Source of the DNA: Lepidodermella squamata
Taxonomy: Eukaryota > Animalia > Gastrotricha
Reading direction: 5' to 3'
NCBI GenBank assembly: GCA_047495785.1
Contig: JBLDXI010000056.1
Span: 569,105-633,104, forward strand
DNA length: 64,000 bases
Part shown: positions 24,201 to 39,143 of the stretch, one piece after another
How positions within the stretch are numbered: position 1 is the stretch's first letter
How the letters are laid out: each line of letters begins with the position of its first letter
The notes under the pieces: generated by a model
The model's input: the letters and a program-made list of their open reading frames with translations, nothing else
The model's database searches: none
Told to the model about the DNA's origin: nothing
Made by a program: the position numbers and the translations under genes

Positions 24201-27200
24201 GTTTGGGCACGATGCCGATTCGTAGCGATGCGTACAAGGGTGAATACAGCGATTCCAGCCTTCTTTGGCTGGCAGCGGAATACCGGTCAGCTGCAATGGC
24301 CGCGAATAGCCTGCCAACGCGTTTGCGCTTGCTGCCACTACCGAATGAAGCGCGAATATGCCCGATTCGGCTGGTTTGGGCACGATGCCGATTCGTAGCG
24401 ATGCGTACAAGGGTGAATACAGCGATTCCAGCCTTCTGTGGCTGGCAGCGGAATACCGGTCAGCTGCAATGGCCGCGAATAGCCTGCCAACGCGTTTGCG
24501 CTTGCTGCCACTACCGAATGAAGCGCGAATATGCCCGATTCGGCTGGTTTGGGCACGATGCCGATTCGTAGCGATGCGTACAAGGGTGAATACAGCGATT
24601 CCAGCCTTCTTTGGCTGGCAGCGGAATACCGGTCAGCTGCAATGGCCGCGAATAGCCTGCCAACGCGTTTGCGCTTGCTGCCACTACCGAATGAAGCGCG
24701 AATATGCCCGATTCGGCTGGTTTGGGCACGATGCCGATTCGTAGCGATTCGTACAAGGGTGAATACAGCGATTCCAGCCTTCTTTGGCTGGCAGCGGAAT
24801 ACCGGTCAGCTGCAATGGCCGCGAATAGCCTGCCAAAGCGTTTGCGCTTGCTGCCACTAACGAATGAAGCGGGAATAATCCCGAATCGGCTGGTTTGGGC
24901 ACGATGCCGATTCGTGGCGATGCGTACAAGGGTGAATACAGCGATTCCAACCTTCTTTGGCTGGCAGCGGAATACCGGTCAGCTGCAATGGCCGCGAATA
25001 GCCTGCCAACGCGTTTGCGCTTGCTGCCACTACCGAATGAAGCGCGAATATGCCCGATTCGGCTGGTTTGGGCACGATGCCGATTCGTAGCGATGCGTAC
25101 AAGGGTGAATACAGCGATTCCAGCATTCTTTGGCTGGCAGCGGAATACCGGTCAGCTGCAATGGCCGCGAATAGCCTGCCAAAGCGTTTGCGCTTGCTGC
25201 CACTAACGAATGAAGCGGGAATAATCCCGAATCGGCTGGTTTGGGCACGATGCCGATTCGTGGCGATGCGTACAAGGGTGAATACAGCGATTCCAACCTT
25301 CTTTGGCTGGCAGCGGAATACCGGTCAGCTGCAATGGCCGCGAATAGCCTGCCAACGCGTTTGCGCTTGCTGCCACTACCGAATGAAGCGCGAATAATCC
25401 CGAATCGGCTGGTTTGGGCACGATGCCGATTCGTAGCGATGCGTACAAGGGTGAATACAGCGATTCCAGCCTTCTGTGGCTGGCAGCGGAATACCGGTCA
25501 GCTGCAATGGCCGCGAATAGCCTGCCAACGCGTTTGCGCTTGCTGCCGCTACCGAATGAAGCGCGAAAAAGCCCGAATCGGCTGGTTTGGGCACGATGCC
25601 GATTCGTGGCGATGCGTACAAGGGTGGATACAGCGATTCCAGCATTCTTTGGCTGGCAGCGGAATACCGGTCAGCTGCAATGGCCGCGAATAGCCTGCCA
25701 ACGCGTTTGCGCTTGCTGCCGCTACCGAATGAAGCGCGAAAATGCCCGAATCGGCTGGTTTGGGCACGATGCCGATTCGTGGCGATGCGTACAAGGGTGG
25801 ATACAGCGATTCCAGCATTCTTTGGCTGGCAGCGGAATACCGGTCAGCTGCAATGGCCGCGAATAGCCTGCCAACGCGTTTGCGCTTGCTGCCGCTACCG
25901 AATGAAGCGCGAATATGCCCGATTCGGCTGGTTTGGGCATGATGCCGATTCGTGGCGATGCGTACAAGGGTGAATACAGCGATTCCAACCTTCTTTGGCT
26001 GGCAGCGGAATACCGGTCAGCTGCAATGGCCGCGAATAGCCTGCCAACGCGTTTGCGCTTGCTGCCGCTACCGAATGAAGCGCGAAAATGCCCGAATCGG
26101 CTGGTTTGGGCACGATGCCGATTCGTGGCGATGCGTACAAGGGTGGATACAGCGATTCCAGCATTCTTTGGCTGGCAGCGGAATACCGGTCAGCTGCAAT
26201 GGCCGCGAATAGCCTGCCAACGCGTTTGCGCTTGCTGCCGCTACCGAATGAAGCGCGAATATGCCCGATTCGGCTGGTTTGGGCATGATGGCGATTCGTG
26301 GCGATGCGTACAAGGGTGAATACAGCGATTCCAACCTTCTTTGGCTGGCAGCGGAATACCGGTCAGCTGCAATGGCCGCGAATAGCCTGCCAACGCGTTT
26401 GCGCTTGCTGCCGCTACCGAATGAAGCGCGAAAATGCCCGAATCGGCTGGTTTGGGCACGATGCCGATTCGTGGCGATGCGTACAAGGGTGGATACAGCG
26501 ATTCCAGCATTCTTTGGCTGGCAGCGGAATACCGGTCAGCTGCAATGGCCGCGAATAGCCTGCCAACGCGTTTGCGCTTGCTGCCGCTACCGAATGAAGC
26601 GCGAAAATGCCCGAATCGGCTGGTTTGGGCACGATGCCGATTCGTGGCGATGCGTACAAGGGTGAATACAGCGATTCCAACCTTCTTTGGCTGGCAGCGG
26701 AATACCGGTCAGCTGCAATGGCCGCGAATAGCCTGCCAACGCGTTTGCGCTTGCTGCCACTACCGAATGAAGCGCGAATAAGCCCGATTCGGCTGGTTTG
26801 GGCACGATGCCGATTCGTAGCGATGCGTACAAGGGTGAATACAGCGATTCCAGCCTTCTTTGGCTGGCAGCGGAATACCGGTCAGCTGCAATGGCCGCGA
26901 ATAGCCTGCCAACGCGTTTGCGCTTGCTAACACTACCGAATGAAGCGCGAATATGCCCGATTCGGCTGGTTTGGGCACGATGCCGATTCGTAGCGATGCG
27001 TACAAGGGTGAATACAGCGATTCCAGCCTTCTTTGGCTGGCAGCGGAATACCGGTCAGCTGCAATGGCCGCGAATAGCCTGCCAACGCGTTTGCGCTTGC
27101 TAACACTACCGAATGAAGCGCGAATATGCCCGATTCGGCTGGTTTGGGCACGATGCCGATTCGTAGCGATGCGTACAAGGGTGAATACAGCGATTCCAGC

Positions 27201-30200
27201 ATTCTTTGGCTGGCAGCGGAATACCGGTCAGCTGCAATGGCCGCGAAAAGCCTGCCAACGCGTTTGCGCTTGCTGCCGCTACCGAATGAAGCGCGAAAAT
27301 GCCCGAATCGGCTGGTTTGGGCACGATGCCGATTCGTGGCGATGCGTACAAGGGTGAATACAGCGATTCCAGCCTTCTTTGGCTGGCAGCGGAATACCGG
27401 TCAGCTGCAATGGCCGCGAATAGCCTGCCAACGCGTTTGCGCTTGCTGCCGCTACCGAATGAAGCGCGAATATGCCCGATTCGGCTGGTTTGGGCACGAT
27501 GCCGATTCGTTGCGATGCGTAAAAGGGTGAATACAGCGATTCCAGCATTCTTTGGCTGGCAGCGGAATACCGGTCAGCTGCAATGGCCGCGAATAGCCTG
27601 CCAACGCGTTTGCGCTTGCTGCCGCTACCGAATGAAGCGCGAATATGCCCGATTCGGCTGGTTTGGGCACGATGCCGATTCGTTGCGATGCGTAAAAGGG
27701 TGAATACAGCGATTCCAGCATTCTTTGGCTGGCAGCGGAATACCGGTCAGCTGCAATGGCCGCGAATAGCCTGCCAACGCGTTTGCGCTTGCTGCCGCTA
27801 CCGAATGAAGCGCGAAAATGCCCGAATCGGCTGGTTTGGGCACGATGCCGATTCGTGGCGATGCGTACAAGGGTGGATACAGCGATTCCAACCTTCTTTG
27901 GCTGGCAGCGGAATACCGGTCAGCTGCAATGGCCGCGAATAGCCTGCCAACGCGTTTGCGCTTGCTGCCACTAAAAAATGAAGCGGGAATAATCCCGAAT
28001 CGGCTGGTTTGGGCATGATGCCGATTCGTGGCGATGCGTACAAGGGTGAATACAGCGATTCCAGCCTTCTTTGGCTGGCAGCGGAATACCGGTCAGCTGC
28101 AATGGCCGCGAATAGCCTGCCAACGCGTTTGCGCTTGCTGCCGCTACCGAATGAAGCGCGAAAATGCCCGAATCGGCTGGTTTGGGCACGATGCCGATTC
28201 GTTGCGATGCGTAAAAGGGTGAATACAGCGATTCCAGCATTCTTTGGCTGGCAGCGGAATACCGGTCAGCTGCAATGGCCGCGAATAGCCTGCCAACGCG
28301 TTTGCGCTTGCTGCCGCTACCGAATGAAGCGCGAATATGCCCGATTCGGCTGGTTTGGGCATGATGGCGATTCGTGGCGATGCGTACAAGGGTGAATACA
28401 GCGATTCCAGCCTTCTTTGGCTGGCAGCGGAATACCGGTCAGCTGCAATGGCCGCGAATAGCCTGCCAACGCGTTTGCGCTTGCTAACACTACCGAATGA
28501 AGCGCGAATATGCCCGATTCGGCTGGTTTGGGCACGATGCCGATTCGTAGCGATGCGTACAAGGGTGAATACAGCGATTCCAGCATTCTTTGGCTGGCAG
28601 CGGAATACCGGTCAGCTGCAATGGCCGCGAAAAGCCTGCCAACGCGTTTGCGCTTGCTGCCGCTACCGAATGAAGCGCGAAAATGCCCGAATCGGCTGGT
28701 TTGGGCACGATGCCGATTCGTGGCGATGCGTACAAGGGTGGATACAGCGATTCCAGCATTCTTTGGCTGGCAGCGGAATACCGGTCAGCTGCAATGGCCG
28801 CGAATAGCCTGCCAACGCGTTTGCGCTTGCTGCCGCTACCGAATGAAGCGCGAATATGCCCGATTCGGCTGGTTTGGGCATGATGGCGATTCGTGGCGAT
28901 GCGTACAAGGGTGAATACAGCGATTCCAACCTTCTTTGGCTGGCAGCGGAATACCGGTCAGCTGCAATGGCCGCGAATAGCCTGCCAACGCGTTTGCGCT
29001 TGCTGCCACTACCGAATGAAGCGCGAATATGCCCGATTCGGCTGGTTTGGGCACGATGCCGATTCGTTGCGATGCGTAAAAGGGTGAATACAGCGATTCC
29101 AGCATTCTTTGGCTGGCAGCGGAATACCGGTCAGCTGCAATGGCCGCGAATAGCCTGCCAACGCGTTTGCGCTTGCTGCCGCTACCGAATGAAGCGCGAA
29201 AATGCCCGAATCGGCTGGTTTGGGCACGATGCCGATTCGTTGCGATGCGTAAAAGGGTGAATACAGCGATTCCAGCATTCTTTGGCTGGCAGCGGAATAC
29301 CGGTCAGCTGCAATGGCCGCGAATAGCCTGCCAACGCGTTTGCGCTTGCTGCCGCTACCGAATGAAGCGCGAAAATGCCCGAATCGGCTGGTTTGGGCAC
29401 GATGCCGATTCGTGGCGATGCGTACAAGGGTGAATACAGCGATTCCAACCTTCTTTGGCTGGCAGCGGAATACCGGTCAGCTGCAATGGCCGCGAATAGC
29501 CTGCCAACGCGTTTGCGCTTGCTGCCACTACCGAATGAAGCGCGAATAAGCCCGATTCGGCTGGTTTGGGCACGATGCCGATTCGTAGCGATGCGTACAA
29601 GGGTGAATACAGCGATTCCAACCTTCTTTGGCTGGCAGCGGAATACCGGTCAGCTGCAATGGCCGCGAATAGCCTGCCAACGCGTTTGCGCTTGCTAACA
29701 CTACCGAATGAAGCGCGAATATGCCCGATTCGGCTGGTTTGGGCACGATGCCGATTCGTAGCGATGCGTACAAGGGTGAATACAGCGATTCCAGCATTCT
29801 TTGGCTGGCAGCGGAATACCGGTCAGCTGCAATGGCCGCGAAAAGCCTGCCAACGCGTTTGCGCTTGCTGCCGCTACCGAATGAAGCGCGAAAATGCCCG
29901 AATCGGCTGGTTTGGGCACGATGCCGATTCGTGGCGATGCGTACAAGGGTGGATACAGCGATTCCAGCATTCTTTGGCTGGCAGCGGAATACCGGTCAGC
30001 TGCAATGGCCGCGAATAGCCTGCCAACGCGTTTGCGCTTGCTGCCGCTACCGAATGAAGCGCGAATATGCCCGATTCGGCTGGTTTGGGCATGATGGCGA
30101 TTCGTGGCGATGCGTACAAGGGTGAATACAGCGATTCCAACCTTCTTTGGCTGGCAGCGGAATACCGGTCAGCTGCAATGGCCGCGAATAGCCTGCCAAC

Positions 30201-33200
30201 GCGTTTGCGCTTGCTGCCACTACCGAATGAAGCGCGAATATGCCCGATTCGGCTGGTTTGGGCACGATGCCGATTCGTTGCGATGCGTAAAAGGGTGAAT
30301 ACAGCGATTCCAGCATTCTTTGGCTGGCAGCGGAATACCGGTCAGCTGCAATGGCCGCGAATAGCCTGCCAACGCGTTTGCGCTTGCTGCCGCTACCGAA
30401 TGAAGCGCGAAAATGCCCGAATCGGCTGGTTTGGGCACGATGCCGATTCGTGGCGATGCGTACAAGGGTGAATACAGCGATTCCAACCTTCTTTGGCTGG
30501 CAGCGGAATACCGGTCAGCTGCAATGGCCGCGAATAGCCTGCCAACGCGTTTGCGCTTGCTAACACTACCGAATGAAGCGCGAATATGCCCGATTCGGCT
30601 GGTTTGGGCACGATGCCGATTCGTTGCGATGCGTAAAAGGGTGAATACAGCGATTCCAACCTTCTTTGGCTGGCAGCGGAATACCGGTCAGCTGCAATGG
30701 CCGCGAATAGCCTGCCAACGCGTTTGCGCTTGCTGCCACTACCGAATGAAGCGCGAATATGCCCGATTCGGCTGGTTTGGGCACGATGCCGATTCGTTGC
30801 GATGCGTAAAAGGGTGAATACAGCGATTCCAGCATTCTTTGGCTGGCAGCGGAATACCGGTCAGCTGCAATGGCCGCGAATAGCCTGCCAACGCGTTTGC
30901 GCTTGCTGCCGCTACCGAATGAAGCGCGAAAATGCCCGAATCGGCTGGTTTGGGCACGATGCCGATTCGTTGCGATGCGTAAAAGGGTGAATACAGCGAT
31001 TCCAGCATTCTTTGGCTGGCAGCGGAATACCGGTCAGCTGCAATGGCCGCGAATAGCCTGCCAACGCGTTTGCGCTTGCTGCCGCTACCGAATGAAGCGC
31101 GAAAATGCCCGAATCGGCTGGTTTGGGCACGATGCCGATTCGTGGCGATGCGTACAAGGGTGAATACAGCGATTCCAACCTTCTTTGGCTGGCAGCGGAA
31201 TACCGGTCAGCTGCAATGGCCGCGAATAGCCTGCCAACGCGTTTGCGCTTGCTGCCACTACCGAATGAAGCGCGAATAAGCCCGATTCGGCTGGTTTGGG
31301 CACGATGCCGATTCGTAGCGATGCGTACAAGGGTGAATACAGCGATTCCAACCTTCTTTGGCTGGCAGCGGAATACCGGTCAGCTGCAATGGCCGCGAAT
31401 AGCCTGCCAACGCGTTTGCGCTTGCTGCCACTACCGAATGAAGCGCGAATATGCCCGATTCGGCTGGTTTGGGCACGATGCCGATTCGTTGCGATGCGTA
31501 AAAGGGTGAATACAGCGATTCCAGCATTCTTTGGCTGGCAGCGGAATACCGGTCAGCTGCAATGGCCGCGAATAGCCTGCCAACGCGTTTGCGCTTGCTG
31601 CCGCTACCGAATGAAGCGCGAAAATGCCCGAATCGGCTGGTTTGGGCACGATGCCGATTCGTGGCGATGCGTACAAGGGTGGATACAGCGATTCCAGCAT
31701 TCTTTGGCTGGCAGCGGAATACCGGTCAGCTGCAATGGCCGCGAATAGCCTGCCAACGCGTTTGCGCTTGCTGCCGCTACCGAATGAAGCGCGAATATGC
31801 CCGATTCGGCTGGTTTGGGCATGATGGCGATTCGTGGCGATGCGTACAAGGGTGAATACAGCGATTCCAACCTTCTTTGGCTGGCAGCGGAATACCGGTC
31901 AGCTGCAATGGCCGCGAATAGCCTGCCAACGCGTTTGCGCTTGCTGCCGCTACCGAATGAAGCGCGAAAATGCCCGAATCGGCTGGTTTGGGCACGATGC
32001 CGATTCGTGGCGATGCGTACAAGGGTGGATACAGCGATTCCAGCATTCTTTGGCTGGCAGCGGAATACCGGTCAGCTGCAATGGCCGCGAATAGCCTGCC
32101 AACGCGTTTGCGCTTGCTGCCGCTACCGAATGAAGCGCGAAAATGCCCGAATCGGCTGGTTTGGGCACGATGCCGATTCGTGGCGATGCGTACAAGGGTG
32201 AATACAGCGATTCCAACCTTCTTTGGCTGGCAGCGGAATACCGGTCAGCTGCAATGGCCGCGAATAGCCTGCCAACGCGTTTGCGCTTGCTGCCGCTACC
32301 GAATGAAGCGCGAAAATGCCCGAATCGGCTGGTTTGGGCACGATGCCGATTCGTGGCGATGCGTACAAGGGTGAATACAGCGATTCCAACCTTCTTTGGC
32401 TGGCAGCGGAATACCGGTCAGCTGCAATGGCCGCGAATAGCCTGCCAACGCGTTTGCGCTTGCTGCCACTACCGAATGAAGCGCGAATATGCCCGATTCG
32501 GCTGGTTTGGGCACGATGCCGATTCGTTGCGATGCGTAAAAGGGTGAATACAGCGATTCCAGCATTCTTTGGCTGGCAGCGGAATACCGGTCAGCTGCAA
32601 TGGCCGCGAATAGCCTGCCAACGCGTTTGCGCTTGCTGCCGCTACCGAATGAAGCGCGAAAATGCCCGAATCGGCTGGTTTGGGCACGATGCCGATTCGT
32701 GGCGATGCGTACAAGGGTGGATACAGCGATTCCAGCATTCTTTGGCTGGCAGCGGAATACCGGTCAGCTGCAATGGCCGCGAATAGCCTGCCAACGCGTT
32801 TGCGCTTGCTGCCGCTACCGAATGAAGCGCGAATATGCCCGATTCGGCTGGTTTGGGCATGATGGCGATTCGTGGCGATGCGTACAAGGGTGAATACAGC
32901 GATTCCAACCTTCTTTGGCTGGCAGCGGAATACCGGTCAGCTGCAATGGCCGCGAATAGCCTGCCAACGCGTTTGCGCTTGCTGCCGCTACCGAATGAAG
33001 CGCGAAAATGCCCGAATCGGCTGGTTTGGGCACGATGCCGATTCGTGGCGATGCGTACAAGGGTGGATACAGCGATTCCAGCATTCTTTGGCTGGCAGCG
33101 GAATACCGGTCAGCTGCAATGGCCGCGAATAGCCTGCCAACGCGTTTGCGCTTGCTGCCGCTACCGAATGAAGCGCGAATATGCCCGATTCGGCTGGTTT

Positions 33201-36200
33201 GGGCATGATGGCGATTCGTGGCGATGCGTACAAGGGTGAATACAGCGATTCCAACCTTCTTTGGCTGGCAGCGGAATACCGGTCAGCTGCAATGGCCGCG
33301 AATAGCCTGCCAACGCGTTTGCGCTTGCTGCCGCTACCGAATGAAGCGCGAAAATGCCCGAATCGGCTGGTTTGGGCACGATGCCGATTCGTGGCGATGC
33401 GTACAAGGGTGGATACAGCGATTCCAGCATTCTTTGGCTGGCAGCGGAATACCGGTCAGCTGCAATGGCCGCGAATAGCCTGCCAACGCGTTTGCGCTTG
33501 CTGCCGCTACCGAATGAAGCGCGAAAATGCCCGAATCGGCTGGTTTGGGCACGATGCCGATTCGTGGCGATGCGTACAAGGGTGAATACAGCGATTCCAA
33601 CCTTCTTTGGCTGGCAGCGGAATACCGGTCAGCTGCAATGGCCGCGAATAGCCTGCCAACGCGTTTGCGCTTGCTGCCGCTACCGAATGAAGCGCGAAAA
33701 TGCCCGAATCGGCTGGTTTGGGCACGATGCCGATTCGTGGCGATGCGTACAAGGGTGGATACAGCGATTCCAGCATTCTTTGGCTGGCAGCGGAATACCG
33801 GTCAGCTGCAATGGCCGCGAATAGCCTGCCAACGCGTTTGCGCTTGCTGCCGCTACCGAATGAAGCGCGAAAATGCCCGAATCGGCTGGTTTGGGCACGA
33901 TGCCGATTCGTGGCGATGCGTACAAGGGTGAATACAGCGATTCCAACCTTCTTTGGCTGGCAGCGGAATACCGGTCAGCTGCAATGGCCGCGAATAGCCT
34001 GCCAACGCGTTTGCGCTTGCTGCCGCTACCGAATGAAGCGCGAAAATGCCCGAATCGGCTGGTTTGGGCACGATGCCGATTCGTGGCGATGCGTACAAGG
34101 GTGGATACAGCGATTCCAGCCTTCTTTGGCTGGCAGCGGAATACCGGTCAGCTGCAATGGCCGCGAATAGCCTGCCAACGCGTTTGCGCTTGCTGCCGCT
34201 ACCGAATGAAGCGCGAAAATGCCCGAATCGGCTGGTTTGGGCACGATGCCGATTCGTGGCGATGCGTACAAGGGTGGATACAGCGATTCCAGCATTCTTT
34301 GGCTGGCAGCGGAATACCGGTCAGCTGCAATGGCCGCGAATAGCCTGCCAACGCGTTTGCGCTTGCTGCCGCTACCGAATGAAGCGCGAATATGCCCGAT
34401 TCGGCTGGTTTGGGCATGATGGCGATTCGTGGCGATGCGTACAAGGGTGAATACAGCGATTCCAACCTTCTTTGGCTGGCAGCGGAATACCGGTCAGCTG
34501 CAATGGCCGCGAATAGCCTGCCAACGCGTTTGCGCTTGCTGCCGCTACCGAATGAAGCGCGAAAATGCCCGAATCGGCTGGTTTGGGCACGATGCCGATT
34601 CGTGGCGATGCGTACAAGGGTGGATACAGCGATTCCAGCATTCTTTGGCTGGCAGCGGAATACCGGTCAGCTGCAATGGCCGCGAATAGCCTGCCAACGC
34701 GTTTGCGCTTGCTGCCGCTACCGAATGAAGCGCGAATATGCCCGATTCGGCTGGTTTGGGCATGATGGCGATTCGTGGCGATGCGTACAAGGGTGAATAC
34801 AGCGATTCCAACCTTCTTTGGCTGGCAGCGGAATACCGGTCAGCTGCAATGGCCGCGAATAGCCTGCCAACGCGTTTGCGCTTGCTGCCGCTACCGAATG
34901 AAGCGCGAAAATGCCCGAATCGGCTGGTTTGGGCACGATGCCGATTCGTGGCGATGCGTACAAGGGTGGATACAGCGATTCCAGCATTCTTTGGCTGGCA
35001 GCGGAATACCGGTCAGCTGCAATGGCCGCGAATAGCCTGCCAACGCGTTTGCGCTTGCTGCCGCTACCGAATGAAGCGCGAAAATGCCCGAATCGGCTGG
35101 TTTGGGCACGATGCCGATTCGTGGCGATGCGTACAAGGGTGAATACAGCGATTCCAACCTTCTTTGGCTGGCAGCGGAATACCGGTCAGCTGCAATGGCC
35201 GCGAATAGCCTGCCAACGCGTTTGCGCTTGCTGCCGCTACCGAATGAAGCGCGAAAATGCCCGAATCGGCTGGTTTGGGCACGATGCCGATTCGTGGCGA
35301 TGCGTACAAGGGTGGATACAGCGATTCCAGCATTCTTTGGCTGGCAGCGGAATACCGGTCAGCTGCAATGGCCGCGAATAGCCTGCCAACGCGTTTGCGC
35401 TTGCTGCCGCTACCGAATGAAGCGCGAAAATGCCCGAATCGGCTGGTTTGGGCACGATGCCGATTCGTGGCGATGCGTACAAGGGTGAATACAGCGATTC
35501 CAACCTTCTTTGGCTGGCAGCGGAATACCGGTCAGCTGCAATGGCCGCGAATAGCCTGCCAACGCGTTTGCGCTTGCTGCCGCTACCGAATGAAGCGCGA
35601 AAATGCCCGAATCGGCTGGTTTGGGCACGATGCCGATTCGTGGCGATGCGTACAAGGGTGGATACAGCGATTCCAGCCTTCTTTGGCTGGCAGCGGAATA
35701 CCGGTCAGCTGCAATGGCCGCGAATAGCCTGCCAACGCGTTTGCGCTTGCTGCCGCTACCGAATGAAGCGCGAAAATGCCCGAATCGGCTGGTTTGGGCA
35801 CGATGCCGATTCGTGGCGATGCGTACAAGGGTGGATACAGCGATTCCAGCATTCTTTGGCTGGCAGCGGAATACCGGTCAGCTGCAATGGCCGCGAATAG
35901 CCTGCCAACGCGTTTGCGCTTGCTGCCGCTACCGAATGAAGCGCGAATATGCCCGATTCGGCTGGTTTGGGCATGATGGCGATTCGTGGCGATGCGTACA
36001 AGGGTGAATACAGCGATTCCAACCTTCTTTGGCTGGCAGCGGAATACCGGTCAGCTGCAATGGCCGCGAATAGCCTGCCAACGCGTTTGCGCTTGCTGCC
36101 GCTACCGAATGAAGCGCGAAAATGCCCGAATCGGCTGGTTTGGGCACGATGCCGATTCGTGGCGATGCGTACAAGGGTGGATACAGCGATTCCAGCATTC

Positions 36201-39143
36201 TTTGGCTGGCAGCGGAATACCGGTCAGCTGCAATGGCCGCGAATAGCCTGCCAACGCGTTTGCGCTTGCTGCCGCTACCGAATGAAGCGCGAAAATGCCC
36301 GAATCGGCTGGTTTGGGCACGATGCCGATTCGTGGCGATGCGTACAAGGGTGAATACAGCGATTCCAACCTTCTTTGGCTGGCAGCGGAATACCGGTCAG
36401 CTGCAATGGCCGCGAATAGCCTGCCAACGCGTTTGCGCTTGCTGCCACTACCGAATGAAGCGCGAATAAGCCCGATTCGGCTGGTTTGGGCACGATGCCG
36501 ATTCGTAGCGATGCGTACAAGGGTGAATACAGCGATTCCAGCCTTCTTTGACTGGCAGCGGAATACCGGTCAGCTGCAATGGCCGCGAATAGCCTGCCAA
36601 CGCGTTTGCGCTTGCTGCCGCTACCGAATGAAGCGCGAAAATGCCCGAATCGGCTGGTTTGGGCACGATGCCGATTCGTGGCGATGCGTACAAGGGTGGA
36701 TACAGCGATTCCAGCATTCTTTGGCTGGCAGCGGAATACCGGTCAGCTGCAATGGCCGCGAATAGCCTGCCAACGCGTTTGCGCTTGCTGCCGCTACCGA
36801 ATGAAGCGCGAATATGCCCGATTCGGCTGGTTTGGGCACGATGCCGATTCGTAGCGATGCGTACAAGGGTGAATACAGCGATTCCAGCATTCTTTGGCTG
36901 GCAGCGGAATACCGGTCAGCTGCAATGGCCGCGAATAGCCTGCCAACGCGTTTGCGCTTGCTGCCGCTACCGAATGAAGCGCGAAAATGCCCGAATCGGC
37001 TGGTTTGGGCACGATGCCGATTCGTGGCGATGCGTACAAGGGTGGATACAGCGATTCCAGCATTCTTTGGCTGGCAGCGGAATACCGGTCAGCTGCAATG
37101 GCCGCGAATAGCCTGCCAACGCGTTTGCGCTTGCTGCCGCTACCGAATGAAGCGCGAATATGCCCGATTCGGCTGGTTTGGGCATGATGGCGATTCGTGG
37201 CGATGCGTACAAGGGTGAATACAGCGATTCCAACCTTCTTTGGCTGGCAGCGGAATACCGGTCAGCTGCAATGGCCGCGAATAGCCTGCCAACGCGTTTG
37301 CGCTTGCTGCCGCTACCGAATGAAGCGCGAAAATGCCCGAATCGGCTGGTTTGGGCACGATGCCGATTCGTTGCGATGCGTAAAAGGGTGAATACAGCGA
37401 TTCCAGCATTCTTTGGCTGGCAGCGGAATACCGGTCAGCTGCAATGGCCGCGAATAGCCTGCCAACGCGTTTGCGCTTGCTGCCGCTACCGAATGAAGCG
37501 CGAAAATGCCCGAATCGGCTGGTTTGGGCACGATGCCGATTCGTGGCGATGCGTACAAGGGTGGATACAGCGATTCCAGCATTCTTTGGCTGGCAGCGGA
37601 ATACCGGTCAGCTGCAATGGCCGCGAATAGCCTGCCAACGCGTTTGCGCTTGCTGCCGCTACCGAATGAAGCGCGAATATGCCCGATTCGGCTGGTTTGG
37701 GCATGATGGCGATTCGTAGCGATGCGTACAAGGGTGAATACAGCGATTCCAACCTTCTTTGGCTGGCAGCGGAATACCGGTCAGCTGCAATGGCCGCGAA
37801 TAGCCTGCCAACGCGTTTGCGCTTGCTGCCGCTACCGAATGAAGCGCGAAAATGCCCGAATCGGCTGGTTTGGGCACGATGCCGATTCGTGGCGATGCGT
37901 ACAAGGGTGAATACAGCGATTCCAGCCTTCTTTAGCTGGCAACGGAATACCGGTCAGCTGCAATGGCCGCGAATAGCCTGCCAACGCGTTTGCGCTTGCT
38001 GCCACTACCGAATGAAGCGCGAATATGCCCGATTCGGCTGGTTTGGGCACGATGCCGATTCGTAGCGATGCGTACAAGGGTGAATACAGCGATTCCAGCC
38101 TTCTTTGGCTGGCAGCGGAATACCGGTCAGCTGCAATGGCCGCGAATAGCCTGCCAACGCGTTTGCGCTTGCTAACACTACCGAATGAAGCGCGAATATG
38201 CCCGATTCGGCTGGTTTGGGCACGATGCCGATTCGTAGCGATGCGTACAAGGGTGAATACAGCGATTCCAGCATTCTTTGGCTGGCAGCGGAATACCGGT
38301 CAGCTGCAATGGCCGCGAAAAGCCTGCCAACGCGTTTGCGCTTGCTGCCGCTACCGAATGAAGCGCGAAAATGCCCGAATCGGCTGGTTTGGGCACGATG
38401 CCGATTCGTGGCGATGCGTACAAGGGTGAATACAGCGATTCCAGCCTTCTTTGGCTGGCAGCGGAATACCGGTCAGCTGCAATGGCCGCGAATAGCCTGC
38501 CAACGCGTTTGCGCTTGCTGCCGCTACCGAATGAAGCGCGAATATGCCCGATTCGGCTGGTTTGGGCATGATGCCGATTCGTGGCGATGCGTACAAGGGT
38601 GAATACAGCGATTCCAGCCTTCTTTGGCTGGCAGCGGAATACCGGTCAGCTGCAATGGCCGCGAATAGCCTGCCAACGCGTTTGCGCTTGCTGCCACTAC
38701 CGAATGAAGCGCGAATATGCCCGATTCGGCTGGTTTGGGCACGATGCCGATTCGTAGCGATGCGTACAAGGGTGAATACAGCGATTCCAGCATTCTTTGG
38801 CTGGCAGCGGAATACCGGTCAGCTGCAATGGCCGCGAATAGCCTGCCAACGCGTTTGCGCTTGCTGCCGCTACCGAATGAAGCGCGAAAATGCCCGAATC
38901 GGCTGGTTTGGGCACGATGCGGATTCGTGGCGATGCGTACAAGGGTGAATACAGCGATTCCAGCCTTCTTTGGCTGGCAGCGGAATACCGGTCAGCTGCA
39001 ATGGCCGCGAATAGCCTGCCAACGCGTTTGCGCTTGCTGCCACTACCGAATGAAGCGCGAATATGCCCGATTCGGCTGGTTTGGGCACGATGCCGATTCG
39101 TAGCGATGCGTACAAGGGTGAATACAGCGATTCCAGCATTCTT
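18239..39143. repeat. 173-bp tandem satellite, left sub-array (~121 copies)
   Basis: Monomer GCAATGGCCGCGAATAGCCTGCCAACGCGTTTGCGCTTGCTGCCRCTACCGAATGAAGCGCGAAWATGCCCGAWTCGGCTGGTTTGGGCACGATGCCGATTCGTRGCGATGCGTACAAGGGTGAATACAGCGATTCCAGCMTTCTTTGGCTGGCAGCGGAATACCGGTCAGCT, ~58% GC. Homologous positions 18283 and 38870 differ by exactly 119x173. Confidence 0.99.
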